From Vulcanimicrobiota bacterium (GTDB lineage Bacteria; Vulcanimicrobiota; Vulcanimicrobiia; Vulcanimicrobiales; Vulcanimicrobiaceae): 64,000 nt of DNA. Below are positions 20,609-31,626 of this stretch, in pieces. The translations under genes and the position numbers were made by a program. Below the pieces are notes generated by a model. That model saw only the letters and a list, made by a program, of their open reading frames with translations. It was not told where the DNA came from and ran no database searches. Position 1 is the first letter of the stretch, and the number at the start of each line of letters is the position of its first letter. Location: NCBI GenBank assembly GCA_963714015.1, contig OY970223.1, positions 928,001 through 992,000 on the forward strand. The letters are read 5' to 3'.

Positions 20609-21223
20609 TTAGAAATGGAGCACCTCGAACGGAATCGCGAAACCGATGGAGCACGCCAGATACGGCGCAAAAGCGATCGCGCCGTGCTTTTTGCCTCTGC
20701 GATAGCTGATGGCGACCGCCGCGAAACAGGCGAGCGCGAACGCGAGCACCGCGATCTGCGGACCGAGAACGATGCCGCCGAGCGCAACGAGTTTTGCGTC
20801 GCCCCAACCCATACCGCGGCCCTTCGAGAGCAGAGCCGTCGCGGCGAACGGAACGAACGGAACCGCCGCCCAAATGAATTGCCACCATTCGTGCCGCCAC
20901 AACGCAATCAGCAACAGCAGGGCGAGCGGACCGAGCGTGAATGCGTCGGGAACCAATCCCCGGCGGGCATCGGTAATCCAGATCGCGACGAGCGCTCCGC
21001 AGACGATCGCGATCGTGACGATCTGCGATTGCGACGAGCCGTGCGTCGCCATTACTCCGCCGATAAGAGCGCTGGCTGCAATGAGCAGAGCTACGGGTGC
21101 TTGAGCGGACGGCGGACCGTCGGGGAATGCCTCGAGGCGTTCCACGTAATAGCTTGCGATCAGCGATCCTACGAACGCGGCGACGCCGAAGAAGATTGCG
21201 CCCAAAAGTGCTGCGATGATCAT
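20609..21223 (-). CDS. Prepilin peptidase (A24, PilD-like peptidase domain), locus 1
   Basis: ITDARRGLVPD, GMGWGDAKL, IAFAPYL. Confidence 0.85.
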   Translation of the reverse strand: MIIAALLGAIFFGVAAFVGSLIASYYVERLEAFPDGPPSAQAPVALLIAASALIGGVMATHGSSQSQIVTIAIVCGALVAIWITDARRGLVPDAFTLGPLALLLLIALWRHEWWQFIWAAVPFVPFAATALLSKGRGMGWGDAKLVALGGIVLGPQIAVLAFALACFAAVAISYRRGKKHGAIAFAPYLACSIGFAIPFEVLHF

Positions 21224-22080
21224 TTGTTGTTCGTCACGTAGTTGGCCATCAATGCGCCGAAGATGACGACGAACAGCGCGGGCAGCATGAACATCGCCAT
21301 CGGAAAGACCATTTTGACGGGAAGTTTGGCTGCGTGCTCTTCGACCAGCATGATGCGGTGATTGCGGACGTCCTCGGCGAGCTCGTTCAAGACTTTGGAG
21401 ATATTGGTTCCGAGGCGTTCGGCTTGAGTGATTGCCGTAACGGTGCTGCTGAACTGCTGCTGCTGCAGCCGTTCGGCGGCGGCCTTTAAGGCATCGGAAC
21501 GCGCGCGGCCGAGCCGAATTTCCGAGAGCGCCGCCTTGATTTCTTCACCGAGCGCTCCGGGCGCCGCGTCGATAGCATATGCCAGCGCCTGATTTACCGA
21601 GAGGCCCGGCTTGCACCGTCGTGCCGACCATGTCCAGAAAATCGGGAAGCGTTCTTTGCACTTGCGCTTTGCGCGCCTGCACCGCTTTATCGAGCGTTGC
21701 AAGCGGCAAGTAGGCGCCCATGCCGATCAGCAATGCCGGAGACGATCAGCTCGAGCACCGGACTGAAATGCAGCACGCGTAAATATAAACACGGCGAAGA
21801 TGGCGCCGAACAATGCGCCTCCGACTAAACGCACGCCCATCTGGGCAGGCGTGACCGTATACCAGCCGCCTTCGATCAGTTTGCGCCGCAGTGCCCCGCG
21901 CTTCTCTTTGGAGAAGACGCGTTCGAACGGCTTTACGCCGCTCGAGTCGCGCTGAACGCCGCGCGCTTCGAGCTCCTCAAGCGTCTTCTTCAGAACGCTC
22001 TTCTGCGGAATCAGCGAGAGTGCAAACAAGAACGTCGCGCCGACGCCCAGGGCGACGATGACGAGAATCATCAAGGTCAT
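21220..22080 (-). CDS. tadC: Tad inner-membrane platform protein TadC, locus 1 (frameshifted)
   Basis: LPDFLDM, GLSVNQAL, EIRLGRARSDAL, QAERLG, AAKLPVKMVFP spread over 2-3 frames. Confidence 0.88.
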
Positions 22081-22910
22081 ACGTCCACCTTGAGCATCTT
22101 CATTAGCGTGAAGACTCCGAGCGCTTCGAGCACCGCGACGATGGCAAGCGCGACGTGGCCCGGTGCAGTGAGGAACAGCGCGGTCCCCATTTGCGGTTCG
22201 GTGAGCGAGATGAAGCCGCTCAAGAACGGCGGAAGCGCCGCGAGAATTGCCGCGCTGGCGCGGCCTTCGGACGTAAGCGCGCGAATCTTGCGTTGAATCC
22301 GGCGCCGGTCTTTGATCGTATTGGCCAGATGCTCCAGAATCTTGCCGAGATCGCCGCCCGTCTGCGATTGAATCCGGATAGCGCGCGCCATCATCAGCGT
22401 TTCGTTGCACGGCATGCGCTTGGACAAAGTATCGAGCGCGTCGTAGACGCTTACGCCGATGTTCGTCTGACCGATGACGCGCATATACTCGTACTTGGCC
22501 GGGTTGGGCATCTCTTCGATCACCATCGTGAGCGCTTGACGCAGTCCCAAACCGATCCGTACGCCGCTGGAGATCAGCCGCAGCGCGAGTTCGAGCTGCT
22601 GCACGAATTGATCGAGCCGCCGTTTGATCTTCATTTGCACGAAGCACCAAAAACCGCCGGCCGACGCGCCCCCGCATAACACCAGAAACATCACCGCCAT
22701 CACGGGCACCGGATGCATGAAGAAGATCGAAAATACCCAGAGTATCGCCGTGGCTACCGCGATTCCGATGGCCGCTTCGGCCGGACGCATGTGCATCCCG
22801 GCGCGATCCATCAGGTTCGCGAATTCGCGCGCGCGGTCGCGTTTCGGCGCCGCGCTTTGCGAGGCGTTCGCAGCGGCTTTGGCGCCGAAAAGGTTCCCGA
22901 TCGTTGTCAT
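22077..22910 (-). CDS. tadB: Tad inner-membrane platform protein TadB, locus 1
   Basis: QLELALRLISSGVRIG, IQSQTGGDL, IRALTSEGRASA. Confidence 0.9.
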   Translation of the reverse strand: MTTIGNLFGAKAAANASQSAAPKRDRAREFANLMDRAGMHMRPAEAAIGIAVATAILWVFSIFFMHPVPVMAVMFLVLCGGASAGGFWCFVQMKIKRRLDQFVQQLELALRLISSGVRIGLGLRQALTMVIEEMPNPAKYEYMRVIGQTNIGVSVYDALDTLSKRMPCNETLMMARAIRIQSQTGGDLGKILEHLANTIKDRRRIQRKIRALTSEGRASAAILAALPPFLSGFISLTEPQMGTALFLTAPGHVALAIVAVLEALGVFTLMKMLKVDV

Positions 22911-23219
22911 TTTAAAAGGCGCTCCGCTCTAAGCTCCGCGCCCCCCACGCTAAAGCGCGGGGCCCCCATAACCACGGCGCGCGCACGATTCGTTCCTGCG
23001 AAATCCTCCCCGTGGCCGCGCCAAACAACGTCTACCATTTTGAAAGGCGCTCCGCTCTAGCTCCGCGCCCCCCACGCTAAAGCGCGGGGCCCCCATAACC
23101 ACGGCGCGCGCACGATTTGATCCTGCGAAATCCTCCCCGTGGCCGGGTACTGCGCACATCCTGTGCTTGCCGGCATGCTCCCGTCCTGGTCGCGAGGCGC
23201 GCCCAACAACGTTTACCAT
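22908..23219. repeat. Two imperfect tandem copies of a 128-bp GC-rich structured repeat (second copy has a ~52-bp insert)
   Basis: Copies start at 22908 and 23036 (CATTTT.AAAGGCGCTCCGCTCT...CCCCGTGGCCG); internal hairpin CCCCACGCTAAAGCGCGGGG. Confidence 0.9.
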
Positions 23220-25312
23220 AAAGCACCGGCTGAGGCGAGCTGGGAGAGGTTGCGGACGTCGTACGTGATGCCGTACTCGTCGAATTTTTCGAGCGATTGC
23301 GGCTGGACGCCGGTGTACTGGAATTCGCCGGCGACCTTGTTTTCCAGATCCATGCCGTGCTGCGCGTACCGGAGGATCTCTTGCATCGTGACGACGTCGC
23401 CTTCCATGCCGATGATCTCGCTGACCGAGACGATCTTGCGGCTGCCGTCACGCAAACGGGCAATCTGCACGATCAGATCGACCGCGCTGGCAATCTGTTC
23501 GCGAATGGCGCGGACGGGCAGATCGAAGCCGGCCATCATGACGAGCGTCTCTAAGCGCGAGAGCGCGTCACGCGGCGAGTTGGCGTGCAGCGTGGTGAGC
23601 GAACCGTCGTGACCGGTATTCATGGCCTGAAGCATGTCCAGCGCTTCTCCGCCGCGGCACTCACCGACGACGATGCGGTCGGGGCGCATGCGCAGCGAGT
23701 TCCGCACCAGATCGCGGATCTTGATTTCGCCCGCGCCTTCGAGGTTGGCCGGACGCGTCTCCAAGCGCACGACGTGCGGCTGGTTCAAGTTGAGCTCGGC
23801 GGCGTCTTCGATGGTCACGATGCGTTCGCGCGCCGGAATGTAGCTCGACATGATATTAAGGAAGGTCGTTTTACCGGAGCCGGTGCCGCCGCTGATGACG
23901 ACGTTCAGCCGTCCTTCGATGCAGGCGCGCAGAAAGTCGAGCATCTGCTCGTTGGCCGAGCCTTTTTCGACCAGGTCTTGCGCGTTCAGGCGCCGCGTTC
24001 CGAAACGCCGGATCGTGAGCGACGCTCCATCGATGGCGAGCGGCTCGATGATGGCGTTGACGCGCGATCCGTCGGGCAGACGCGCATCGACCATCGGCAC
24101 GGATTCGTCCAAACGGCGGCCGAGCGGCGCGATGATGCGCTCGATGACCAGCCGCAGCTGTCCGGACGTGCTGAACCGCTTGCCCGTCAATTCCAGCTTA
24201 CCGGCGCGCTCGACGTAGACGGTCTTGCGGGCCGTTGACCATGATCTCGCTCACGGCGGGATCGGCCATCAAATCTTCCAGCGGTCCCAAACCAAGCGAC
24301 TCGTTCACGATCTCTTCGCGTATCTGCGAGATGTCCTCGGCGGTCAGTTCGTGCTGCGTCTTCTCGCTGAGCACTTGCTGCGTGGCCTCTTCGATCTTCG
24401 CGCGAAGTTCGGCGAGTTTTTCGGTGTCGCTGTGTGCGGCGCTGGCCTCGATCAGATTGACCTTGCTCGTAAGCGCTTCGTGAATCTCGAGTTTGAGCTT
24501 TTCACGCGGGTCGTATCGCCTCAGCCTCGGAAGCGCGCCGGCCGGGCGAGCCGGACGCGGCTTCGGCGGCACCCGCGGTACGCGGACGCATTGCGGTGCG
24601 CGGCTCCAAGCGGCGATCCTGAATCAGACCGCGCGCCGACGGCAAAAGCGCCTCGATCTGCGGTTCGGCCGTGATCGTGCGAATCGTCTGCGCTCGAGGC
24701 TCGCGAGTGCCTTCGCATAGTTGCGGTCGTCGTGCGCGGGGAGTTCGGCGATGATTTTCGTTTCCAGCGCGCGCTCGATCTCGGCGCGCGTTGCACTCGG
24801 GTTGCCGTCGCGGCAGTTCGTAAGCAGCACGATGCGCGTGATCGGGACGCCGAAGTTTTTCAGCTCGGCAGATCATCGTGCGCGCCGAGGCGATTCCCAG
24901 CAGCGTCGGTTCGGCAACGATTACGAAGCGAGTTGCGCGCACCACGAACGGACGCACGGGAGCGGAAAACGGAATCGGAACGTCCGCCAGAACGCAGTCC
25001 CCGGAGGAGAACGATGCGGCCAGTTGCTCGACGTCATCGAAGTTGATCGTAAACGCTGTGTCGTAAGTCGGCGCGAGTTCGGCGAGCGTAAGTCCGGCGA
25101 CTTCCGTTAAACCGATGCCCTTGCCGGCGCGCGAGGTATCGAGCGGGCGAACCGCGTCGAAGACGATTGCCATATTGCGGCGTCCCGGAGAGATCGCCGT
25201 CCACGACGACGACTTTCTGATCGGAGCGCAGAAGCTTGGCGAGTTCCGCGCAAACCGTGGTTGCGCCGGATCCGCCTTTTGCGTTGATGAACGCAAAGAC
25301 CGGCGAGCTCAT
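23213..25312 (-). CDS. cpaF: Fused TadZ/CpaE-like domain + Tad ATPase TadA/CpaF, locus 1 (several frameshifts)
   Basis: N-terminal [62 protein letters not shown]. Confidence 0.88.
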
Positions 25313-26170
25313 TGCGAGCCGGCCAGATGGTCGCCGTCGATGACGACCACGGACGAGAGCGATGGAGGGTCGGCTTTGGCCGGTTTGGCAGCCGGCGCTT
25401 GGGCCACGACAGGCGGCGCGTACGGCTGCGGTTCCGGCGCGACCGGAGCGGCGGGCGCAGGCTGCTGCAGATCCGGCCACGCGAGCGCTTCGGTGGGCAG
25501 AGAGTTGAGTGGTTCGCGCGGCGAGCGAAGCGCCAAGCGCAGCACCGTGTTCAAGTCGGCCATTGCAATCAAATCCGCTTGTTTCGGCGTAACTTCCAAT
25601 GTAACGGTCGTCGAGTTGGCTTCCTGCGGGGAGGGAGTCGCCGAACTGTATTCGAGCGATTCGCCGATGGCGAGCACGCGAATGCCGCGCAGGATCGCCG
25701 ATGCCGGCGGCGGCTTGTTGCCGATGCGCGGAAGCACCGCAATCACATCGACGTAGTCGCCCGGCTCGATCAATCCGGATACGCCTTTGACTTTGTCGAT
25801 CTGAATGCTGACGGCACGCATGCCCGGCTTCAGCCGTACGGGAAGTCCGACGTCCGTAGGATGTCCAACCTTCGATTGGGTGATTGTCGACCCTGCCGGA
25901 ATAGAGATGAGCGCGAGCGCGCCTACCGCTTTGCCCGGATCGCGGATCGCATCCGGATCGACAGCGCTTGCGGGGCGAGCAATTGTCGGCAACCATCGCC
26001 TGCGTTATCGGAACGCGCGCGGGAATGTCTTGCGCGGCAACGAGGATCTGCACGGGCGCGCTGTTTCCGTTGGCTTGACGCTGCAGGCCGGAGAGGTAGT
26101 TCAGCGTCAGCCAGCCGGTTCCAACCGCCAAAACGAGGGCGACGATCAGCGTAGTGCGGCGGGTATTCAT
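25309..26170 (-). CDS. cpaB: Flp pilus assembly protein CpaB/RcpC, locus 1 (frameshift near 25990)
   Basis: N-terminal TM, SAF-like VAAQDIP, PGMRAVSI, GLIEPGDYVDVI, VTLEVTP, LRLALR. Confidence 0.9.
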
Positions 26171-26685
26171 GGTAGGAACCTCAGATGCGGCGCGAAGCCG
26201 TTGGCGAACGCGGTGCAAAGCGCACCGGCGAAGATTGCGAGCGCATAGGGCATCGGCGTGCCGTCGGGACGAGCCGGCCGCACGCCCGCGAAGACGGGCA
26301 GCGCCATAGCGTGCACGTTTGCGAACGTTGCGCGAAGACGGCCGCGCATTGCGGCATATACGACGGCGATGAAGCCGCCGCTAACGAGCGTACAAAGAAG
26401 AAAGGCCGCGCAATCCGGATAGCCCAGCGTGCCGGCAGCGGCCGCAAGCAACTTCACGTCGCCGCCGCCGATGAGTCTCAAGGAAAATGCGAAGGTGCCC
26501 GCGATCAGCACGAGTGCGGCGATCAGCAGGTCCAAACCGGCGGGTTTCCAGCCGCCCGCGGCATTCAGCGCGAGGCCGGCGAGCAGAAGCGCTCCGACCA
26601 GAAGATTGGGAATCTTTCGAGTGCGCACGTCGCTCACTGCGGCAAGTGCGGCGGCGGCGACGACGAGGGCGATCGCTAGATTCAT
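26167..26685 (-). CDS. cpaA: Prepilin peptidase CpaA/TadV
   Basis: SDVRTRKIPN, IGGGDVKL, MPYALAI; directly downstream of flp genes. Confidence 0.9.
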   Translation of the reverse strand: MNLAIALVVAAAALAAVSDVRTRKIPNLLVGALLLAGLALNAAGGWKPAGLDLLIAALVLIAGTFAFSLRLIGGGDVKLLAAAAGTLGYPDCAAFLLCTLVSGGFIAVVYAAMRGRLRATFANVHAMALPVFAGVRPARPDGTPMPYALAIFAGALCTAFANGFAPHLRFLP

Positions 26686-26849
26686 ACGCCGTTCCAATTG
26701 CTGTTGATCGGTGCGAACAGGCCGTTGGTGCTCGATCCGAGCGAAGCGATGAGGACGATGCACACCACAGCGATGAAGGCGAGCAACACGGCGTATTCGA
26801 CCATTGTCGCGCCGCGCCGGCTGCTGATCATTCGCCGCAATGCGTTCAT
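26682..26849 (-). CDS. flp: Flp family type IVb pilin (second pilin, locus 1)
   Basis: RRG/ATMVEYAVLLAFIAVV Flp motif; GAGGA RBS upstream of ATG 26849. Confidence 0.88.
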   Translation of the reverse strand: MNALRRMISSRRGATMVEYAVLLAFIAVVCIVLIASLGSSTNGLFAPINSNWNGV

Positions 26850-26872
26850 TTGCTGGTTCCTCACCGTATAAA

Positions 26873-26903
26873 GCCGGGGCTGTAGGGGAGAGTCAGCCCC
26901 GGC
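26873..26903 (-). terminator. Stem-loop after major flp (leaky terminator or mRNA stabiliser)
   Basis: Perfect 10-bp stem GCCGGGGCTG/CAGCCCCGGC followed by TTT on the minus strand. Confidence 0.65.
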
Positions 26904-26937
26904 GTTGCGGTAGTTTCCGAGTGTGTCGTTTTAGGGA

Positions 26938-27099
26938 TTAGATGTTGCTGTTGACGGACGCGAAAGCGGTCGAAACCTTACTGCCGAGCGTCGAAATCAG
27001 CACGATGCAAACGGCGGCGATGAGCGCGACCATGATGCCGTATTCGACCATCGTGGCGCCGTCTTCGTTACGAATCAGAGCGAGCATGTTCTTGAGCAT
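26938..27099 (-). CDS. flp: Major Flp pilin, locus 1
   Basis: NEDG/ATMVEYGIMVALIAAV; strong AGGAGG RBS. Confidence 0.95.
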   Translation of the reverse strand: MLKNMLALIRNEDGATMVEYGIMVALIAAVCIVLISTLGSKVSTAFASVNSNI

Positions 27100-27161
27100 A
27101 GTGTCCTCCTGGACTGTCGTAGAGTTCGTGCAATCAGATAGGGAAATCGAGCACATCGCGG

Positions 27162-27829
27162 CTAGTACTGCTCGAGCGGCACGTCGACTCCATCGTTGGG
27201 AGCCGCCGTTACCAGTTGTGCCGACGCCGAACCGACGCCGGGAAGTGACGTGGCTACGACTCTGAGAATCGTGCCGCGCTCGTAGGCGGACGCAATCGGA
27301 ATAACCGCTGCGAAGTGTCCGCTGACGTCGGTGACTACGTCGTGTCGGCTCACAACGATTGTCGGCACATCCGACGACACGATCGCCAGTAGGGTGATGG
27401 TGACCGGAGCATCCGGTGGAGCGGTTCCGTCGACCGTGATAGCCTCGGCGCCCTGCAGTTGTCGAGCCTCCAGGGATATTGTTCGTTGCGCCGAGGCTAT
27501 CCGTCGATGGCGATCCGCCGGTGCGGCGCGGGATGCCGTCGCAAGCGCGCCAGATCCGGCCAACGGAGTCACGAATAGTTCGCCTCGTTGCGCGCTCGGC
27601 GCCGTATCGGCGACCTCTTCCCGGTCGTTCACCTGATACACCGTGGCCCCGGGCCGCAATACCACAACGATACCGGCCCGAGAGAGAACGCGGATGCTGC
27701 GGCGGCCGACCATGAATACTGGTAACCGTCGCGGGCGGCCACGTCTTTGACGGCGACGAGCTGCTGCGCTCCGGCTTGTAAAGCCGGAATGCTGAGCGCT
27801 ATAGCCGTTGTCAGAGCGATGGTCCGCAT
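27162..27829 (-). CDS. Secreted two-domain hypothetical protein (frameshift near 27700)
   Basis: Signal peptide MRTIALTTAIAL..AGA with GGAGG RBS; C-terminal domain homologous to 40538-40954. Confidence 0.65.
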
Positions 27830-27902
27830 TGATGCCTCCGTGTCCTTCGGTGAGTGCATCATGCCATGCGGACATTTCGGCCACAATATTGAAATCGGCG
27901 AA

Positions 27903-27970
27903 TTGTACCGTATATTTACGTAACGTCTATTGATTGTTGACGTGTTAACGTATCCACGCCATGGCATAAT
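27903..27970 (+). promoter_or_regulatory. Divergent promoter of Tad locus 1 with heptamer array and extended -10
   Basis: ATTTACG-N4-GTCTATT-N4-GTTGACG, then 22 nt, then CATAAT preceded by TGG; same geometry at 41011-41067. Confidence 0.65.
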
Positions 27971-27980
27971 GGGCACGTCT

Positions 27981-29409
27981 ATGCAGTTACGGACATTTGT
28001 CTTGTCGACGCTCGCGGCGTTCGCCGTTTTGGCTGCGCCTGCGCCCGCGCCGGCGGCCGAGGCCGTACAATCTTTATCGGTCGAATCGGGTCACTCACTG
28101 CTGTTGTACGACTCCGGGCCTCTCTCGGGTGGCCGTAGGCGACGGCCGCATCGCGGGCGTTCTGCCCATCGGAACCGCTCAGCTCGTCCTCAACGGGAAG
28201 GCGCCGGGCCAAACGACAGTCTTCGTCTGGGAGAACGGTCACCGCGCCGCCTACGAAGTGACCGTTACCGAACAGACCATGACGATCTGGCCGACATGCT
28301 GCGCACGTCGATTACCGTGCCGGGGATCGACGTGGTTCGCGTTCCGGGATTCGGTCGTACTGCGGGGCACGGTCGCGGACGGCGCGCAGTTCAATCAGGT
28401 CGACGAAGTACTCACGCGGTTTGCGGATTACGCGAAGAAGTCGAACTCCACGATCGTCAACGCGGTCACCATCGCGCATCCGCTCGGCTCTCTCCAAAGC
28501 GATCTGGCGGCGATACCGGGCGGGGGCAACATCCGCGTGGATCCGGACGGCAAGGGCAACGTCATCGTCAGCGGCCACGTGCACGACACGGTAACCGCTC
28601 AGGCCATTCTGGACCGGGCCAAGGACCTGGCCGGACCGTATCTTGCGGCGGACGGCAAGCTGATCAACCGCATCAGTACCGACGTGAACAGCGAGATCGA
28701 CGTGAAGGTCTACGTTCTGGAAGTCGATCGCACTGCGCTGAGCAATTTGGGCGTGCAGCTGCAGTCGGCGATCGCTTCAATCCCGACGGCACGTTACACG
28801 ATCGGACAGCCGAGCTTCCCGATCGTCGAGAACCCTGCGAATCTGCAGCCGGCTAAAGGCTTCACGATCTCCAACGCGTTCTTCCGTACCGTAACGCTGG
28901 CGCCGACGCTCAATTTATTAATTACCTCGGGACACGCGCACGTGCTTTCGTCGCCGAATTTGGTGACGACGCCCGGAAACGAGGCGACGTTTTTGGTCGG
29001 CGGCGAGATCCCGGTCATCTTCTCCACCGGCCTCGGCCAAGTCAGCGTAGTTTACAAAGATTACGGCGTGCAAGCTCGACGTGACGCCCATTATTCTGGG
29101 CAACGGCGGCATCGACGCCAAGATCAATCCCGAAGTCTCCGACCTGGACTTCCAGGACGGCGTCAACTACAACGGCTTCCTGGTGCCGGCGCTCAAAGAC
29201 GAGCAAACTCTCGACGGACGTCATCACGAAACCCGGCGAGTCGATCATCATGGGCGGCATGCTGCGCCGCGTCGAGCAGCGCAATATCGCCAAAGTTCCG
29301 CTGCTCTCGCGCATTCCGATCTTGGGCAAACTCTTTCAGTCCGACGTCCTATCAGAACGATCAAACCGACGTCGTTTTCGTGATGACGCCGGAGATCATT
29401 ACGCGATGA
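27981..29409 (+). CDS. cpaC: Tad secretin CpaC/RcpA with BON-like domains, locus 1 (multiple frameshifts)
   Basis: RVAVGDG..LVLNGKAPGQTTVFVW; VLSSPNLVTTPGNEATFLVGGEIP; KVPLLSRIPILGKLF; VFVMTPEII. Confidence 0.9.
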
Positions 29410-29594
29410 TCGAGAGCCTGATCGAGCTGTTGAACGACAACTCGGCCAGTACCCTCGTCGAATACGGGATCGCGTTCGCGCTCATCTCCGCGGCCGCTAC
29501 GGCAATCCTCTACGGTATGGGAGCGACCACGAACAGCGCATATTCCAACGTCGCCTCGAACATGCAGTCGTTTCAGAATGCCCCGCCGCCGTAA
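29406..29594 (+). CDS. Flp-like minor pilin, locus 1
   Basis: DNSA/STLVEYGIAFALISAAA hydrophobic helix; paralog of 42520-42717. Confidence 0.75.
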   Translation: MIESLIELLNDNSASTLVEYGIAFALISAAATAILYGMGATTNSAYSNVASNMQSFQNAPPP

Positions 29595-29607
29595 AGGTTA
29601 GCAGCAG

Positions 29608-30579
29608 ATGAAGAAGGTGCGAAGCGCCCGGCGCGGCTCGGCTTTGGTGGAAACGGCGTTTACGCTTGGGTTTACGCTCATGCTGATTCTGGGGGCGCTG
29701 CAGATTGCGGTCATGGGATTTTTCCAAATGCAGCTCGACGGTGCGACGTTCTTCTTCGCGCACAGTTTCGCAACCGGATCGACGAACGTCACGTCGCTCG
29801 AGACAGCGCGCTTGCGCCGCTGTTTCCCAACGCCAATCATGAACATGAGCCCCAATCCGCAGAGTCCGCCCCTCACGAACGTTCCGGTCAACTTCACGCA
29901 ATGGGGCAACCTGAACAACCGCTACGGCGGGGCGTCGATTCTTCGCCCGCAGCGGCTTGAGGCGACCTCGCAGATGAACCTGGGATTCCTCTCGGTGCTC
30001 GGACGTTCGGTCACGCTCACCAGCGGCAATGTCGACGGACGCTCGATGATCGGCAACCATGACGACGACGCACAAGGCATCGCCTACGACTCGAATGCCG
30101 AGTACAGCTCCCTCGTCGATCCGCTGCTCCAAGACGATCAGAACGTGCCGCCGTACTACATCACGCTTTCATTCTTTTGGAACTGCGGCGATACGCCGCC
30201 GTGGGGCCCGACCTGCAGCAATCAGAACCATCAGCTGCGGGCGATCGGTCTTGGCGAGTTTCTAAAAGACGACAACTATCAGAATCCCAATAACGGCATC
30301 GGGCCGAGCGCGACGTTTGCGACGGCCGCATGCCACCAGCGCATCCTCGCCGATTTGGCGCAAGCCTTTCCGCAAACGATGCCGACCTACGCGCCGCGCG
30401 GGAACTACGATCAGGTCAACGGTCCGTCATCCGTAGACTCGTGGAACGGCGCTTCATTTAAATTGGTATACAGCTGGGACATTCAGCCGGTTCAGGGTGA
30501 AAGCGGTCAAGTCATGGTCGGCCGGCTCTATCCGATGGCGGTGAACAACGGCTGCGCGTCAGGAGAGCCGGGCGCATGA
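29608..30579 (+). CDS. Large TadE-like pseudopilin with Cys-containing C-terminal domain, locus 1
   Basis: RRG/SALVETAF prepilin motif; paralog of 42714-43751. Confidence 0.75.
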   Translation: MKKVRSARRGSALVETAFTLGFTLMLILGALQIAVMGFFQMQLDGATFFFAHSFATGSTNVTSLETARLRRCFPTPIMNMSPNPQSPPLTNVPVNFTQWGNLNNRYGGASILRPQRLEATSQMNLGFLSVLGRSVTLTSGNVDGRSMIGNHDDDAQGIAYDSNAEYSSLVDPLLQDDQNVPPYYITLSFFWNCGDTPPWGPTCSNQNHQLRAIGLGEFLKDDNYQNPNNGIGPSATFATAACHQRILADLAQAFPQTMPTYAPRGNYDQVNGPSSVDSWNGASFKLVYSWDIQPVQGESGQVMVGRLYPMAVNNGCASGEPGA

Positions 30580-31626
30580 ACGGGCAGCGCGGACAAAGCA
30601 TCCCCATCTGGGCGTTCGGTACCCTGACGGCGCTCGTGCTGCTGGCCATGGCGCTCAACTACGGCTCGACGTTGCGCTGGCAGATTCGCGCGCAGAATGC
30701 TGCGGACGCTGCCGCGCGCGGCATGCTGGCCGTGCAAACCTCGCAATGGAACGAGACCATTGCCGACGTGCATGCAGCGGCAATCGAAGAATTTCGTTTG
30801 CGCGGCCATCATGAACGATCTGCTCGAGGTCATTCAGGGCAGCGGCGGGTGCGACGCCAAGCCGGGCGACAGCGGCCCGACGACGTGCAGCGCGATGTAC
30901 GCGAATTTGCGCCAGCAGTATTTAGACGGTTTGCAGCGCTACACGAACGACGTGCTGCTGCTCAATCGCATCGACTATCCTCAGCAAGACGATCAGATCT
31001 CGCAAATCAAAGCGGCGCTGCAGCTATATCAGAGTAATTGCGGCAAGGCAAACGGCGGCGATTGCGCCTTCAATTACTCCCTGGTCGCTGCCGCGCCGCG
31101 GCAGAACAGTTACGTCGAGGACGTGTACGCCGACTGCTGCGCGTTCGTCGTCGGCGGCGACACGACCGGCAATCCGAAAACCGATCTTTCGCCGCTCAAA
31201 CTCGAAGTCGTCGCTTGCGCAAACGTGCAGCCGGCATTCCCGTCGTTCTTTAAATTCGCACCGCAGCCGTATCAGGCCATCGGACGCGCCGCGGCGACCT
31301 CGATCATGGGTACGCAAGAGTTCTTTTACGTGGGATCGCTCGTGAACCCGGTAACGAACGAAGTCTTTCAGCCTAGTGAATTCCCGGAGAGCAGCAGCAA
31401 CTCGCCGATCTTCAAGAACGACGATCCGGGTTATCGCATCGACTACGGCGGCAATCCGAACGACCAGTACAACAATGGTAATCCCGCCGTTTCCGATGGA
31501 AAATGGGGCTTTACATACACGCCGGAAAACGCAGGTTTCATGGCGGGTACGGGCTGGTGGGAATCGATGGCCATCAAGCCGTTCTCGGGACAACTGACCA
31601 ATGGAGTGCAGTACACGTGCAAATGA
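30576..31626 (+). CDS. tadG: TadG-like pseudopilin, locus 1 (frameshift near 30800)
   Basis: QRG/QSIP, hydrophobic helix, AQNAADAAAR Tad motif. Confidence 0.78.

Noticed and set aside
22908..23219. CRISPR array
   Set aside because: Only two long (128 bp) units, no unique spacers of regular length and no cas genes in the window
22950..23219. 89-aa ORF overlapping the cpaF stop
   Set aside because: It is a translation of the repeat, has no recognisable motif, and locus 2 has no counterpart
27937..27942. TTGACG as the -35 box of the cpaC1 promoter
   Set aside because: It lies 22 nt from CATAAT, too far for a sigma70 promoter; better explained as part of the heptamer array
27100..27980. c-di-GMP riboswitch upstream of flp
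   Set aside because: No GEMM-like motif was recognised by eye in either locus; an Rfam scan would be needed to exclude it fully
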